A stretch of DNA of 64,000 bases, from assembly GCA_965219345.1 (NCBI GenBank), contig OZ244732.1, positions 928,001 to 992,000 of the forward strand. Reading direction: 5' to 3'. Under the pieces are notes generated by a model, which saw only the letters and a program-made list of their open reading frames with translations, made no database searches and was not told the origin of the DNA. The DNA comes from Nitrosopumilus sp. (GTDB lineage Archaea; Thermoproteota; Nitrososphaeria; Nitrososphaerales; Nitrosopumilaceae). The position numbers were made by a program, and so were the translations under genes. Shown here piece after piece: positions 29,651 to 40,413 of the stretch (its first letter is position 1; the number at the start of each line of letters is the position of its first letter).

Positions 29651-30115
29651 ATGACACAAGCAATTAAAATCTCAACTGAACAGATGCGTATGATATCTCT
29701 TTTCCAAAATGTTACAGGCGCAACTGCACGTGATTGTATTGAAGATGAAAAACAAGATAGAGTAATTTTTGTAGTCAATTCTGATAAAATGGGTTTAGCA
29801 ATTGGCAAAGGCGGTGTTCATATCAAATCATTACACAATATTCTCAAAAGGAATGTTGAACTAGTCGAATTTGATGAAGATCCAGCAAAATTTTTGACTA
29901 ATTTACTTAATTCAAAACTAGTTTCTGAAGTAAAAATAAATACACGACCAGATGGGTCAAAACAGGCAATTGTTATGGTAGACCCCAGAAAGAAAGGAAT
30001 TGTTGTTGGAAGAGAAGGTAGGAATGCTGAGAAAGCAAGGCTACTTGCAAAACGATATTTTAACATTACAAACGTACTGATTAACAGTCCAGAACGGACA
30101 ACATTGGAGATGTAA
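29651..30115 (+). CDS. nusA: Archaeal NusA
   Basis: KH motifs AIGKGG and VGREGRN; synteny. Confidence 0.93.
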   Translation: MTQAIKISTEQMRMISLFQNVTGATARDCIEDEKQDRVIFVVNSDKMGLAIGKGGVHIKSLHNILKRNVELVEFDEDPAKFLTNLLNSKLVSEVKINTRPDGSKQAIVMVDPRKKGIVVGREGRNAEKARLLAKRYFNITNVLINSPERTTLEM

Positions 30116-30118
30116 TAT

Positions 30119-30556
30119 ATGAGAAAATCACCTCTTGGATTATTTGCTGGTAGAGTTTTGACCGCTAAGAAAAAGAAACAGAGATGGGCAATATCCACTT
30201 ACAAAAGAAGAAAACTTGGCATTGATAAAAAATCTGATCCTCTTGGAGGTGCACCTCAAGCAAGAGGCATTGTTTTAGAAAAAGTAGGTATTGCAGCAAA
30301 ACAACCAAACTCTGCTATAAGAAAATGTGTTAGAGTTCAATTAATTAAAAATGGTAAGACAGTTACAGCATTTTTGCCACGAGATGGTGCAATGAACTTC
30401 ATTGATGAACACGATGAGGTACACATTCAAGGCATGGGTGCAACACAAGGTGGTGCGATGGGAGATATTCCTGGCGTTAGATTCAAAGTTTTCAAAGTTA
30501 ATGATACATCACTTCACGAGTTAGTAATTGGCAAGAAAGAGAAACCAAGGAGATAG
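30119..30556 (+). CDS. rps12: Ribosomal protein S12
   Basis: [20 protein letters not shown]. Confidence 0.98.
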   Translation: MRKSPLGLFAGRVLTAKKKKQRWAISTYKRRKLGIDKKSDPLGGAPQARGIVLEKVGIAAKQPNSAIRKCVRVQLIKNGKTVTAFLPRDGAMNFIDEHDEVHIQGMGATQGGAMGDIPGVRFKVFKVNDTSLHELVIGKKEKPRR

Positions 30557-30558
30557 AA

Positions 30559-31158
30559 ATGGCACAAACAAAGAACTTGTTATTATTTAGAAAATGGAAT
30601 TTGTCAGATATTGAGGTAAAAGATCCTGGATTAAAGACTGCAATCTCATTGAGAAAACAAATTTTACCATATACATTTGGTCGTTCTGCACTAAAGAGAT
30701 TCAACAAAGCTGAGGTTAATCTTGTTGAACGATTAATCAACAAGACAATGCACTTTGGAAAGAAATATGCAAAGAACACAGGAAGAATGACTGGAAAAAA
30801 GACCAAAGTTCTCAATACTGTAAAGACTGCATTTGAAATTATTTCCCTAAAGACTGGACAAAACCCAGTTGAAGTTTTAGTTAGGGCAGTAGAGTTTTCT
30901 GCTCCAAACGAAGACACTACTAGAATTGTTTACGGTGGAACTGTATATCACGTATCAGTTGATGTTGCTCCAATTAGAAGAGTTGACTTGGCTCTAAAAT
31001 TCATCTCAGATGCAATTAAAGAGGCAACATTTTCCAATCCAAAACCAATTGAGGAACACATGGCTGAGCAACTAATCCTTGCAGCTAATAATGACCCAAA
31101 TGCTCCTTCTGTAAAGAAGAAGAATGAGTTAGAACGTATAGCGCAAGCATCAAGATAG
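30559..31158 (+). CDS. rps7: Ribosomal protein S7
   Basis: VDVAPIRRVD, ELERIAQASR. Confidence 0.97.
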   Translation: MAQTKNLLLFRKWNLSDIEVKDPGLKTAISLRKQILPYTFGRSALKRFNKAEVNLVERLINKTMHFGKKYAKNTGRMTGKKTKVLNTVKTAFEIISLKTGQNPVEVLVRAVEFSAPNEDTTRIVYGGTVYHVSVDVAPIRRVDLALKFISDAIKEATFSNPKPIEEHMAEQLILAANNDPNAPSVKKKNELERIAQASR

Positions 31159-31171
31159 AAAATTTTTACAG

Positions 31172-31260
31172 TAGCCCGAGGAAGATTCGAACTCCCGTCT
31201 CCGCCTATCCACTCTTTGAGATCCAGAGGGCAGAATCCTTGACCGCTAGACTATCGGGCT
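31172..31260 (-). tRNA. tRNA-Gln(CTG) with a 16-nt intron at 37/38 (about 31207-31222)
   Basis: AGCCCGA/TCGGGCT acceptor, CT-CTG-G anticodon loop, GGGAG-TTCGAAT-CTTCC T arm. Confidence 0.9.
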
Positions 31261-31349
31261 ACCAAAACAAATTCTGGTGTTTTAGAATATAATCATTTAC
31301 TGAAATTCTAACTACATTAATAAAATCTGTAAAATGTGTTATAACTTGA

Positions 31350-32054
31350 TTGTCACAAAAAGAAATTGAAGAATCATTAAATTTGTTAGAAAAAGATTGG
31401 GATATTGATCCAATATTAAGAGAATTTACATTAGGTAAAGTTACTGATGTCTCTGATTATCCCATAAAAGTTAAAGATGTAATCTTTCATGTACCATTTC
31501 TTAATTCTCAAAAGAAATACATCTTATGGAAATGCTATTGGCCTGACTGTCACAACTGCTGTGATAGACAAGGAAGGCTTCCGTTAACTTCGGATGATTT
31601 GATTACTATTGGAAAGGGTTTGAAATATCAAAAAACTTCGGATTTTATTAAAAATGAAACTCTTACTGTAACTTATCAAGAACCAGGACCATCAGGACAG
31701 ATGACAACAATGACTACAATTAATCTAAAAAGAAAGAAAGATGAGACTGAAGCTGATGATGGAACACACATCTCATGTAGATTTTTAGATGAAGAGGGAG
31801 GTTGTGGCATGCATCCTGATAGACCTGGAGTATGCTATCTCTATCCATTTAGTACTTGGCTTGAAAATGAGAAAGGAACTCCCCGTGTACATGCAACTTT
31901 TCAGTTTACTGGTGATTGTCCAGGATTTTATCTTGCAGATAGTTTAGATCCTATGAAGGAAGAATTCAAAGAATATTCAAAAATTATTTATGATTACAAT
32001 ATGGCTTCTAACCGCACCAATAGAGAAGGAGCTGGTTTGGTTAGTCTTGGATAG
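31350..32054 (+). CDS. YkgJ-family cysteine-cluster protein
   Basis: C...CHNCC, CRFL....C..H..RP..C..YPF. Confidence 0.85.
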   Translation: MSQKEIEESLNLLEKDWDIDPILREFTLGKVTDVSDYPIKVKDVIFHVPFLNSQKKYILWKCYWPDCHNCCDRQGRLPLTSDDLITIGKGLKYQKTSDFIKNETLTVTYQEPGPSGQMTTMTTINLKRKKDETEADDGTHISCRFLDEEGGCGMHPDRPGVCYLYPFSTWLENEKGTPRVHATFQFTGDCPGFYLADSLDPMKEEFKEYSKIIYDYNMASNRTNREGAGLVSLG

Positions 32055-32281
32055 TAGAAATACAATAAATTGATCTGAATTAGAAAAGATTATGAATATT
32101 TGGAAAAAATTACAAAATTATAGTTTCAAGAAGATGGGAATAATTTTTCTAATCGTAGTTGCACTAGTTTTTCTTGGAATTTATGCCACATGCGGAAGTC
32201 TCTACAAAGTGGATTGTCATGAGGTAATATTACGTAAATTCCCGAGAGGTTTTTAACATGCCTTCTTTTCCTTAATTTTCG

Positions 32282-32826
32282 ATGATGAAAAAAACATTGT
32301 TTGGAATAATCATAGCAACTGTTATGATTTTTGGCGTATTTACAATAAGCCAGAATTAAGCATTAAGCGAAGAAATGGAAGACACGTCAGAACATGAACA
32401 AGAAATGGAAGGCATGTCAGAACTGGAAGAAGAATCCGGCATACAATTTGTTGACACTGAAACAATTCCTTTGAAAGGAAAGTTAGCAAGTGGTGACTTT
32501 ATCCTGTTAATGGATATTACTGGATTTGTTTCTGAGAGTAGACACGTTGCAATGAAGGTTCCATGCGGACCAGATGGTGAACAACTTTTGACAATTGTTT
32601 CAGGAGCAGCACCTAATGCAGTTCCAATGAATATGGATTATGTTGCACTGTTGTCTGGCCCACCAAATTCGTGCGTGTTCCATGGTGAAATACCAGAGGG
32701 AATAACCGATATTGCTTTGATGAATACATCGGACGACGATGTATGGTTCGTTGATCAAGGTAGTGCTGCTATACTATCATAATAACCATTGTTGGAGAAG
32801 AAGCCGAACACGAAGAGCACATGTAA
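32282..32826 (+). pseudogene. Degraded secreted protein
   Basis: Signal peptide in frame with ORF 32375-32782 but separated by a TAA; apparent frameshift near the C-terminus. Confidence 0.6.
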
Positions 32827-32878
32827 ATTCATTCTTTTTTATTTTTTTTACATTTGATAGAACTGTAAACTAGAGTTA

Positions 32879-33892
32879 CTATGCTTTAGCTACTTTCATT
32901 AGATTGGATATTTTGATATCCATTCCAAATCGCTTTTCGTGCTTTTTCATGTATAGGAATATTGCCATAAAGTCTGGTAATGCCTTGAAGAAGTTAAAGT
33001 CCTTGTGGATTTTTTTTCTAACGAAATTAAACACCTTAGCATATACCTTGAAGTGCTTATCAACTGCCTTTTCATATGCTGCAAAGTCATGCATATTTTC
33101 TAGGAATATATCCACACATTGCATAGATGGAATGATTCCTTCACCTAACATTGCAAAGACCGTACCAATTGATTCGCCAACACCAACTACCTTACCTGAA
33201 TAGAATGGTTTGCATCTATCTGGGGTTGCCAATCTAATTGGACGTCCTTTAGTTGCAAGTACTTTTCCTCCATATTTTTCCAAGAAATCATCAGTGGCTT
33301 TGATGTGATTCTTTTTGTAATCACCAGCTCCAATATGTGCCCATTTCTCCCCTAATGGAAAGTACCAAAAGTATCCAGACATTCCAGGGAATGGTTCCAA
33401 GTAAAAGTCATCAAATGGTACGCCATTCTCATATTCCACCTTGTACTCATATGTTGGCAAGAAGAAATCTTCTTTTAATTTTGGTAGATAAATTCTATGA
33501 AATCCTGTGCAATCAACTATCATGTCGTACTCTTTTTCTAGCTCTTCCAGCTTTGGTGCTGTTCCATAAAGTACCTTAGAATCTTTGATAAAATCTTTGA
33601 TTAGTCCTAATTTGTTATATGTACATAATCCATGCAGTCCGATATCAAATCTTACACCACTTCCCATCTTTACTTTCATGGTTTTTCCGTCATGAATCAT
33701 AAAGTCATCAAAATTTCTGCCAGTCTTTTCGCAGAACTTGTCTAGCTCTGACTTTATTGTCCCCCAAGCGCAGATAGAGTCGTGTCTCTCTTCCACCATT
33801 CTTTCATATCCTACAACTTCATGTTCAGAGTCTTTTAGTCTGGCCATCAGATAAGATCCTGCTACTCCCATACCCATTACTGCTATCTTCAA
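32879..33892 (-). CDS. FAD-dependent oxidoreductase (geranylgeranyl-reductase-like)
   Basis: GMGVAG, GYFWYFP, VGES.G...GEGI. Confidence 0.85.
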   Translation of the reverse strand: MKIAVMGMGVAGSYLMARLKDSEHEVVGYERMVEERHDSICAWGTIKSELDKFCEKTGRNFDDFMIHDGKTMKVKMGSGVRFDIGLHGLCTYNKLGLIKDFIKDSKVLYGTAPKLEELEKEYDMIVDCTGFHRIYLPKLKEDFFLPTYEYKVEYENGVPFDDFYLEPFPGMSGYFWYFPLGEKWAHIGAGDYKKNHIKATDDFLEKYGGKVLATKGRPIRLATPDRCKPFYSGKVVGVGESIGTVFAMLGEGIIPSMQCVDIFLENMHDFAAYEKAVDKHFKVYAKVFNFVRKKIHKDFNFFKALPDFMAIFLYMKKHEKRFGMDIKISNLMKVAKA

Positions 33893-33959
33893 GGTATTTT
33901 GCGATTAATCACACCTAATAAAAATACATTTAGTGAGTAAACCAAAAGTTTAGTTACCT

Positions 33960-34694
33960 ATGAGGAAAAATGACAAAATGTTGATTAATAGATTTAATAA
34001 AATTTTCATTATTACTGCGATGTCATTATTTGTCGTATCTTCATTAGCTTCTGAAGCTTTAGGTTATGGTGGCCCTCCAGAACAAAGCAGTACTAACAAT
34101 TTCACTGTAGCGATATACTCTGATAAAGAATCATACAATCTTGGAGAAACAGTAACATTTTCTGGAAGTGTTAACAAGTATGATGAGGACAGAAATTTAC
34201 GGATCTCAATCTTTGATTCTAGTAACAAGTTTATTGCAACTCAGAAAACTCCAGTCAACGTTGATGGCACATTCTCTCACAGTGTAATACTAAATGAGAA
34301 ATTTTCTGATGGAAACTACATAGTTAAAGCTCAGTATGGAAGTTCAAAGACAACAGTAGAAAAAATGTCATTTGTGATAAATTCCAATGGTGCATCTATG
34401 GAAGAACAATTATCTGCTGGTCAAGTCCCTGATTGGATTAAATTTACTGCAGGTGTTTGGGTCGATGGAAACTCTTCAGATGGTGAATTTATTAGCGCAA
34501 TTAAGTTCCTTATTGAAGATAAAATTATTGTAATTCCACCAACTACACAAGGTTCAAACGGAGAATCTAATCAAGTTCCATCATGGATTAAATTCACTAC
34601 GGGTGTTTGGGTCGATGGAACATCTTCAGATGGTGAATTTATTAGCGCAATTCAATTCTTGATCAAAGAAGGAATTATGAAAATATCAAATTAA
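33960..34694 (+). CDS. Secreted thaumarchaeal protein with two VP.WIK...W...DGEF repeats
   Basis: Signal peptide, Ig-like domain, duplicated C-terminal domain. Confidence 0.8.
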   Translation: MRKNDKMLINRFNKIFIITAMSLFVVSSLASEALGYGGPPEQSSTNNFTVAIYSDKESYNLGETVTFSGSVNKYDEDRNLRISIFDSSNKFIATQKTPVNVDGTFSHSVILNEKFSDGNYIVKAQYGSSKTTVEKMSFVINSNGASMEEQLSAGQVPDWIKFTAGVWVDGNSSDGEFISAIKFLIEDKIIVIPPTTQGSNGESNQVPSWIKFTTGVWVDGTSSDGEFISAIQFLIKEGIMKISN

Positions 34695-34838
34695 CTTAAA
34701 ATTTTAATTTAATTACAAACATATCTGGAAAAAAGAATTTGAGCCTGATTATTTGCGCTCAGAATCATATTTCTTGTGACATTTAGAAGAATAAAACAAA
34801 TGGTTCTAATAGTGACTAAAAAGACCTAGGAATCTGAT

Positions 34839-34988
34839 ATGAAATATCTATGCAGAACCTGTAAAACGAAATGTGATGATATTCCAATACATATGATTGA
34901 GGTACACAAATTTTCAAAATCAATTGTGGACTCACAACTCAAATCAAACCCAAATTCTTTTAAAAATGCCTTTGAAAAATTAGCATAA
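34839..34988 (+). CDS. 49-aa C2H2-type zinc-finger microprotein
   Basis: Hand translation MKYLCRTCKTKCDDIPIHMIEVHKF... Confidence 0.55.
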   Translation: MKYLCRTCKTKCDDIPIHMIEVHKFSKSIVDSQLKSNPNSFKNAFEKLA

Positions 34989-35001
34989 TTATAGACCTAC
35001 A

Positions 35002-36075
35002 ATGCAAGCAAAACTTATGAAAAACAATCTGAAATCTTTAGAGATCTCCTCAGCAGAGTGGTATTCTCTAAATCAGTTTCTATATCAGATAAAACAGATT
35101 GACTCTCCATGTGTGTCGGTATACTATCCATATGGTAAGGGGAAAGAGACCATCTCTTTACTCCAAGAGACAAACAGGAAAGAGTCATTTGAAAGAATTG
35201 AATCAGCAATTGAGAAAAGAATCATACATCTTAGGAAGAATCCTTCGTCAGTAGGCAAGTTTGCAAAGACTCTATGTATTTTTGGATGGATAAAGAATGG
35301 CAAAGTACACACCAAAGAAATTGGAACCTCCAAGAGACTTCCCTACATCTACATGGCAAGCAAAAAACCATACATCAAACCATTCCGTGATATTCTCAAA
35401 ACCAATCATGATGTTTTACTAGTAACTCTTGATCAAAAATCTGCAAGAATACAGAAATTTCACGGGAGTCAGATAATTCAAGAAGCTAAACTTGGAATTG
35501 ATCTCCGAAGTAGACATAGAAAAGGAGGACAGAGTCAGGGAAGATTTCTAAGGGCAAGACAAACAAAGATTCATGTCTTCTTTAAGAAAGTTGCAACCAA
35601 AGTCAGAAACATGGATTCTAATTCTGAGTTGATACTGTTAGGTGGAATAGGTCCTGCAAAGACAGAATTTTACGGAGAACTAGACTCGGAACTGGTAAAA
35701 AAATGTCGATTTGTACAAGACTTGTCTTTCTCTACTCCTATTCATGATATTCACAAGAAGATAATTCATCACTTGTACCAGTATAGAAGACGATATGTCG
35801 CACAAATAATTGAAAAATACGAGAAACTATTCAAAGATGGACTAACTGCGAAAAGAAATGATGTTATCTACAAGGCATTAGAGATTGGAGCCGTAGATAC
35901 GCTTATTGTTTCTGTAGACTATCACACCAACTCCCAATTCAAAAGTATAATGAAGATGCTAGAGATTGCTAGAAATAATTCCACTAGAATAGAGTTTGCA
36001 GTATCTCCAAAAATTATTGAAAAACTAGATCTTCATAATTCTGTTCTAGCTATACTTCGATACAGAATAAAATAA
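35002..36075 (+). CDS. aRF1/eRF1-superfamily paralog
   Basis: HRKGGQSQGRF, LGG.G..K.EF, GAVDTL. Confidence 0.8.
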   Translation: MQAKLMKNNLKSLEISSAEWYSLNQFLYQIKQIDSPCVSVYYPYGKGKETISLLQETNRKESFERIESAIEKRIIHLRKNPSSVGKFAKTLCIFGWIKNGKVHTKEIGTSKRLPYIYMASKKPYIKPFRDILKTNHDVLLVTLDQKSARIQKFHGSQIIQEAKLGIDLRSRHRKGGQSQGRFLRARQTKIHVFFKKVATKVRNMDSNSELILLGGIGPAKTEFYGELDSELVKKCRFVQDLSFSTPIHDIHKKIIHHLYQYRRRYVAQIIEKYEKLFKDGLTAKRNDVIYKALEIGAVDTLIVSVDYHTNSQFKSIMKMLEIARNNSTRIEFAVSPKIIEKLDLHNSVLAILRYRIK

Positions 36076-36107
36076 TCATTTTTAACCATTGAATTATATA
36101 TTTTTCC

Positions 36108-36359
36108 ATGGATTTCATGTTGGAAGAAGAATTGATAGACTTGATGACATTTTGCCTGCAAAATCCAGATTCTGCAGAAATTAATGATAAACATTCAAGA
36201 ATCACTGAGATTGGTCATGAACTTTATGCTGATGGTGGAGTTGATGCTTTGGAGAACTTTGCTTTTGTTTTAAAAAATCGAATTACACAAGAAATAGATA
36301 AAGATCCATCCTCGATGCGTTCGCTATGGAATGGTCTAACTGATGAATGGAAATACTAG
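36108..36359 (+). CDS. Hypothetical protein
   Basis: Clean 83-aa ORF with TATA upstream. Confidence 0.65.
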   Translation: MDFMLEEELIDLMTFCLQNPDSAEINDKHSRITEIGHELYADGGVDALENFAFVLKNRITQEIDKDPSSMRSLWNGLTDEWKY

Positions 36360-36361
36360 TT

Positions 36362-36715
36362 TCATAAATCGAATGTAACGTCCAAGAATTCTCCAATTTC
36401 CTTGAATGTGAAATTATGTGAATCATTGAGTGTTTTGATAATTAGTGATATCTCTGCATTATAATCCCAAGAAAAATCATCTCCCATAAGATATGGGTAC
36501 ACTTTTTCTTCCCTTATTCCGTATGATTGCAATATTTCATAATGACTTGCAAACAATTTTTCTCTACTCAAATGAACAGCTGGATCATCACTCTCACACG
36601 CTAATACACCAAGCGCAGACTTGCCAACTACTTCATCTGTGTTGTCTTTGAATTTAATTAAATGGTTAGTAATTTGTGGAATGGTTGTCTCCTTTAGTAT
36701 CTGGCTAATCTTCAT
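36362..36715 (-). CDS. Hypothetical protein
   Basis: Clean 117-aa ORF. Confidence 0.65.
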   Translation of the reverse strand: MKISQILKETTIPQITNHLIKFKDNTDEVVGKSALGVLACESDDPAVHLSREKLFASHYEILQSYGIREEKVYPYLMGDDFSWDYNAEISLIIKTLNDSHNFTFKEIGEFLDVTFDL

Positions 36716-37088
36716 TATTTTGCGATTCGTTTAATGTCTAATAAAAATAATGTCAGTTAATCTTTAAATTCATCAATTCTAAGAGTATTTTTTCATGATC
36801 AACTTCTAGTTCTGTACTAAGCAAGACAAAAGACCCGTCTCTTAACTCTCTAGTTATTCGTTTTACCTTTTCATATATTGTAACTGAATATATTGATCTG
36901 CCTATTGATGAGAAAAGGAGTTCTTTTCACTTTGTAATAGGCGCTGCCTTAATACTACCTAAACTTCAATCAAACCCACAAATTAGGAACAAATTAATTC
37001 TATACTATTTATTGCCCATATTTCTTGGATTAGTGATTCTATTTGGTTGATTCACCAATTTTTAATATTGGGAAGTGCTACCAAAAAC

Positions 37089-37253
37089 ATGGCTGACACA
37101 TCTAAAAAAAAACAGGATGTGTTAGAAGAAAAACGTGTTCTAGATCTGTATAATTGTAAAGATATTCCACTACAATACGAAATTAAACCTAGAGGTACTA
37201 TCGAATTCGTCGAATCTGATGAAATAAAAAAAGAAGATTTTTTAGATGATTAG
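37089..37253 (+). CDS. Small hypothetical protein
   Basis: ATG at 37089 after a TTTTTAATA box. Confidence 0.4.
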   Translation: MADTSKKKQDVLEEKRVLDLYNCKDIPLQYEIKPRGTIEFVESDEIKKEDFLDD

Positions 37254-37300
37254 TAAATATTTATTAAAATTGACAATTATTATAAATTTACAAGCAGTAA

Positions 37301-37573
37301 TCAAAAAAATTTGGTAAAACCGCCAGTTATTATGATGGTGAGATTTGCAAATTTGATTTGAACATTCTTAGCTGTGTCATTTCCTATATTAAACAAGTTA
37401 AAATTAATTGTTGCATCATTGTCATCATGATAAATAATTCCCGTATCTTTAGTTAAAATGATCTTTTCTAATGAAGATACTAATTTTGGTCCTCCTTCTG
37501 CAGCATATATGGGATTTGACAAGGTGATTGATACTAGTAATAATAAGATTATTGATACGACCATTCTTTTCAA
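37301..37573 (-). CDS. Short secreted protein, probably truncated
   Basis: Signal peptide; N.G...A.NV Ig-like strand, then an abrupt end. Confidence 0.45.
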   Translation of the reverse strand: MKRMVVSIILLLLVSITLSNPIYAAEGGPKLVSSLEKIILTKDTGIIYHDDNDATINFNLFNIGNDTAKNVQIKFANLTIIITGGFTKFF

Positions 37574-37583
37574 TTTTTTTCAC

Positions 37584-38648
37584 TTATTTTGGTATATTAA
37601 ATAATGACCATATCACACGATGATCAGATATTGCCCATTTTGTATATGCTCTAAATTGTGATTTTCTTTTAGTATTGTATAATTTCTGAAAACATACAGT
37701 ATCAAAAGCAAAAATTTGTGCTTTGTGTTCCTTTGTTACTTTAATTTTCTTAGAAAATGGTTCTGAGACAACAAGTTGATCATAATATGCATTATTATTG
37801 ATGTTAGAACCCTTTTTGATTTGTTTGTCTTTGAGTTTGTTTGAATCATCATTAATTGTAGAATCTGATTTAATTACACTTCCTTTTCCAATATGCTCAT
37901 GGTAGCGTAGTGGAGCTAGATGTTTTCTCTTTAGTCTTTTGTATACTGCATCTGTTTTTTCCATTCTTGGTACATTAAAATCTCCTAAAAGTAAAATATT
38001 ATGAGAAAATAATTCATTCTTATCTTTTTTTAATAATTTTTCAATCCAACTTGTAAGTGAATATATTTCTAATACTCTTTGTTGAAATTGACGTGTCTTT
38101 TCACTCTTTTTTCCATAATAGATATGTGAATTATATGTAGTAAAAGTTGTTGAATTAAATTTCCAAGATGCCAAGTATGACGGTCTATCATACCCTCTGA
38201 ATTTTACTGATTTTCCATTAAACTTTAATGATTTTCTTTGAGATGGTGGAATTGTTAATTCTCCAATATGATTTAACAATTCTAATCGTTTGGGTTTGTA
38301 GATGTATGTCATCCGTTCCTTGTTTCCTCCCGTATCGCTGAATAAGCATACATGAGTTCTTTTTAATATATTCATGATTTTGTTCAAACCAGTCATATTA
38401 GCATTAACTTCTTGTATGGCGATTAGATCAAATGGTTTTATGATTTCTGCAATCAAATTATAACAAGAATTTGTTCTTTCTTGGACATCAAAATTTGCTA
38501 TATTCCAACTTCCTATCAACAATTGATTTTTCTTTGGTTTTGAAATTCCTTCAGGGATTGCCTTGCGTTGTAATTTACGAATGGCTTTGATCTCTACTTT
38601 TTTATTAAAATTATATGTAAATGTTTTAGGTCTACAAAAAGGAGGCAC
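37584..38648 (-). CDS. Endonuclease/exonuclease/phosphatase (EEP, DNase I-like) protein
   Basis: SWNI, AIQEV, GDFN, YDQ, SDH. Confidence 0.9.
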   Translation of the reverse strand: MPPFCRPKTFTYNFNKKVEIKAIRKLQRKAIPEGISKPKKNQLLIGSWNIANFDVQERTNSCYNLIAEIIKPFDLIAIQEVNANMTGLNKIMNILKRTHVCLFSDTGGNKERMTYIYKPKRLELLNHIGELTIPPSQRKSLKFNGKSVKFRGYDRPSYLASWKFNSTTFTTYNSHIYYGKKSEKTRQFQQRVLEIYSLTSWIEKLLKKDKNELFSHNILLLGDFNVPRMEKTDAVYKRLKRKHLAPLRYHEHIGKGSVIKSDSTINDDSNKLKDKQIKKGSNINNNAYYDQLVVSEPFSKKIKVTKEHKAQIFAFDTVCFQKLYNTKRKSQFRAYTKWAISDHRVIWSLFNIPK

Positions 38649-38842
38649 ATTATAGTTAATTTTGTACTAGTACTAAACTCTTCAGGTATTACTTACTTGA
38701 AGTATTATTTCATGAAATTACTTTATCGTTTATTAAAACAGAAGATTCACTCTTTGAATTTATTTGATCGATGTTAATCCATTTTGGTGGAAATGGATGG
38801 ATTGAATAAAGTTCTTTTAATTGTTTAACATCCTGTAAGAAC

Positions 38843-39252
38843 CATGCTTGGAAAAAACAATACAAAGCCAAGAATTTACTGCACAAGGAAACAGAACACC
38901 ATAGACACATTCACCTTTCAGGGGATATGAACAACAACCAGATGGAATCCTTTAACGGAAACACACTAAGAATGAGAGAGAAAATTGTTAGGGGAATAAA
39001 GAAAGACGATTCTGCAATACTCAAGTTTTTCAGGATCTATGTAGATTGGATTCCAGTCCTAGGGGAATAAAGAAAGACGATTCTGCAATACTCAAGGGTA
39101 TGCAGCTTCACCACAACTACATTAGACCACACTAAGGATTGGATGGTGATACACCCACTGACGGGGCAGGAATCAGGGTTATGGGTGATAATAAATGGAA
39201 GACGATAATTCAGAATGCGGTAAAATCTGATCTACCGAGCTGTCCCAAGTAG
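38843..39252 (+). pseudogene. C-terminal remnant of an archaeal IS6-like DDE transposase
   Basis: NNNQMESFNG...REKIVRGIKK...HNYIRPH*GL.G.TP...AGI; internal stop and a 71-bp insertion. Confidence 0.7.
38989..39096. repeat. 37-bp perfect direct repeat flanking a 34-bp unique insert
   Basis: TAGGGGAATAAAGAAAGACGATTCTGCAATACTCAAG at 38989-39025 and 39060-39096. Confidence 0.95.
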
Positions 39253-39474
39253 AATTATCTACCACTGATGTACCAGTTCAGGTTTTTGTGATATAACTGG
39301 GTTTTGAACATAATAGTTACTAAGATATAATTTGAGAGACTATAAAAGATGATTTAATGTGAATGTGTTGTTCATACTCCTGAAAATCTACCTAAATATT
39401 TTTTCAGATCCTATCTTATGTCTTCATAAAACATCAAATAAGATAAATCATATTTAGTATCGGTTTTATTTTGT

Positions 39475-40263
39475 TTATGAATCCAGTAATTCGGATTTTT
39501 TCTTTTCAAAGTCTGTTTCGGTGATAACATCCATTATCATCATATCATACCATTCCCTGATTTGGATTCGTTTATCTTCATCACTCATCTGGGTTGATTT
39601 TAGATTGTCTGCAGTCTGTTTGATTTTTTTAGTAGCATCCATACTTTTCATTTTGATTTTTTCAGTAGAGATTTTCTCACTTGTTTTTTTACCAATATCT
39701 ATCACACTTGAAGCAGTTTTGTTAGAATATTGTTTTAATTTATCAGTAATGTTTCGTTGTGGTAGTATGGCTTTTTTCCATTCTCTTTTTGATTTGTAAC
39801 CACAGGCCTTTAGATTGTATTGTGTCGTCCACTTGAACATAAAATAAACTACAATAAAGATAGAGCCAAGAAAGATAACTGTATGATACAAAACAATTAA
39901 CGAAAATGAAATTAAAAATATAAAATCATCCAAATTTCCACTGTGAGGAAAGTAATCATAAATCAACTCACTAAGAAAAATCTCTAGATGATAGTGGGGT
40001 TCAATGTAAAGTGAATACCCAATACTTTCAGTTATGGTCATATCTTGATCAATTTCAAGAGGATATAAAATATAATCAAGAATAAACCAGACAGTTAGAA
40101 AAACTACAAATAATGGTATCCATTTTCTTGTCTTATGCATTTTGCTTGTCCAAAGTAGTGCAAATATTGAACATGAGAAAAAACAAGCCCAAAACCTAGA
40201 TAGTGGTTGTTGTGGTTTGGCTTGATCTTCTGTGATTTTTGGATCAGCCATATATTTGAGCAA
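39475..40263 (-). CDS. Membrane protein with a C-terminal SHOCT-like domain
   Basis: Several TM segments; ITETDFEKKKSELL. Confidence 0.7.
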   Translation of the reverse strand: MLKYMADPKITEDQAKPQQPLSRFWACFFSCSIFALLWTSKMHKTRKWIPLFVVFLTVWFILDYILYPLEIDQDMTITESIGYSLYIEPHYHLEIFLSELIYDYFPHSGNLDDFIFLISFSLIVLYHTVIFLGSIFIVVYFMFKWTTQYNLKACGYKSKREWKKAILPQRNITDKLKQYSNKTASSVIDIGKKTSEKISTEKIKMKSMDATKKIKQTADNLKSTQMSDEDKRIQIREWYDMMIMDVITETDFEKKKSELLDS

Positions 40264-40413
40264 AAATTAGAGAATAAAAACAATACTACACTTAAATTAT
40301 TTTTATTCCTGTTAAAAAATAGGAAAATTGAGGGTTAATTGTATCTATGACAACCCTAATACGACTTGCGATCTAATATCTAATCGATTTTTGATCGTCA
40401 TGTTTTTAATTAA

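Noticed and set aside
31207-31222. Insertion in tRNA-Gln
   Set aside because: Ordinary canonical-position archaeal intron
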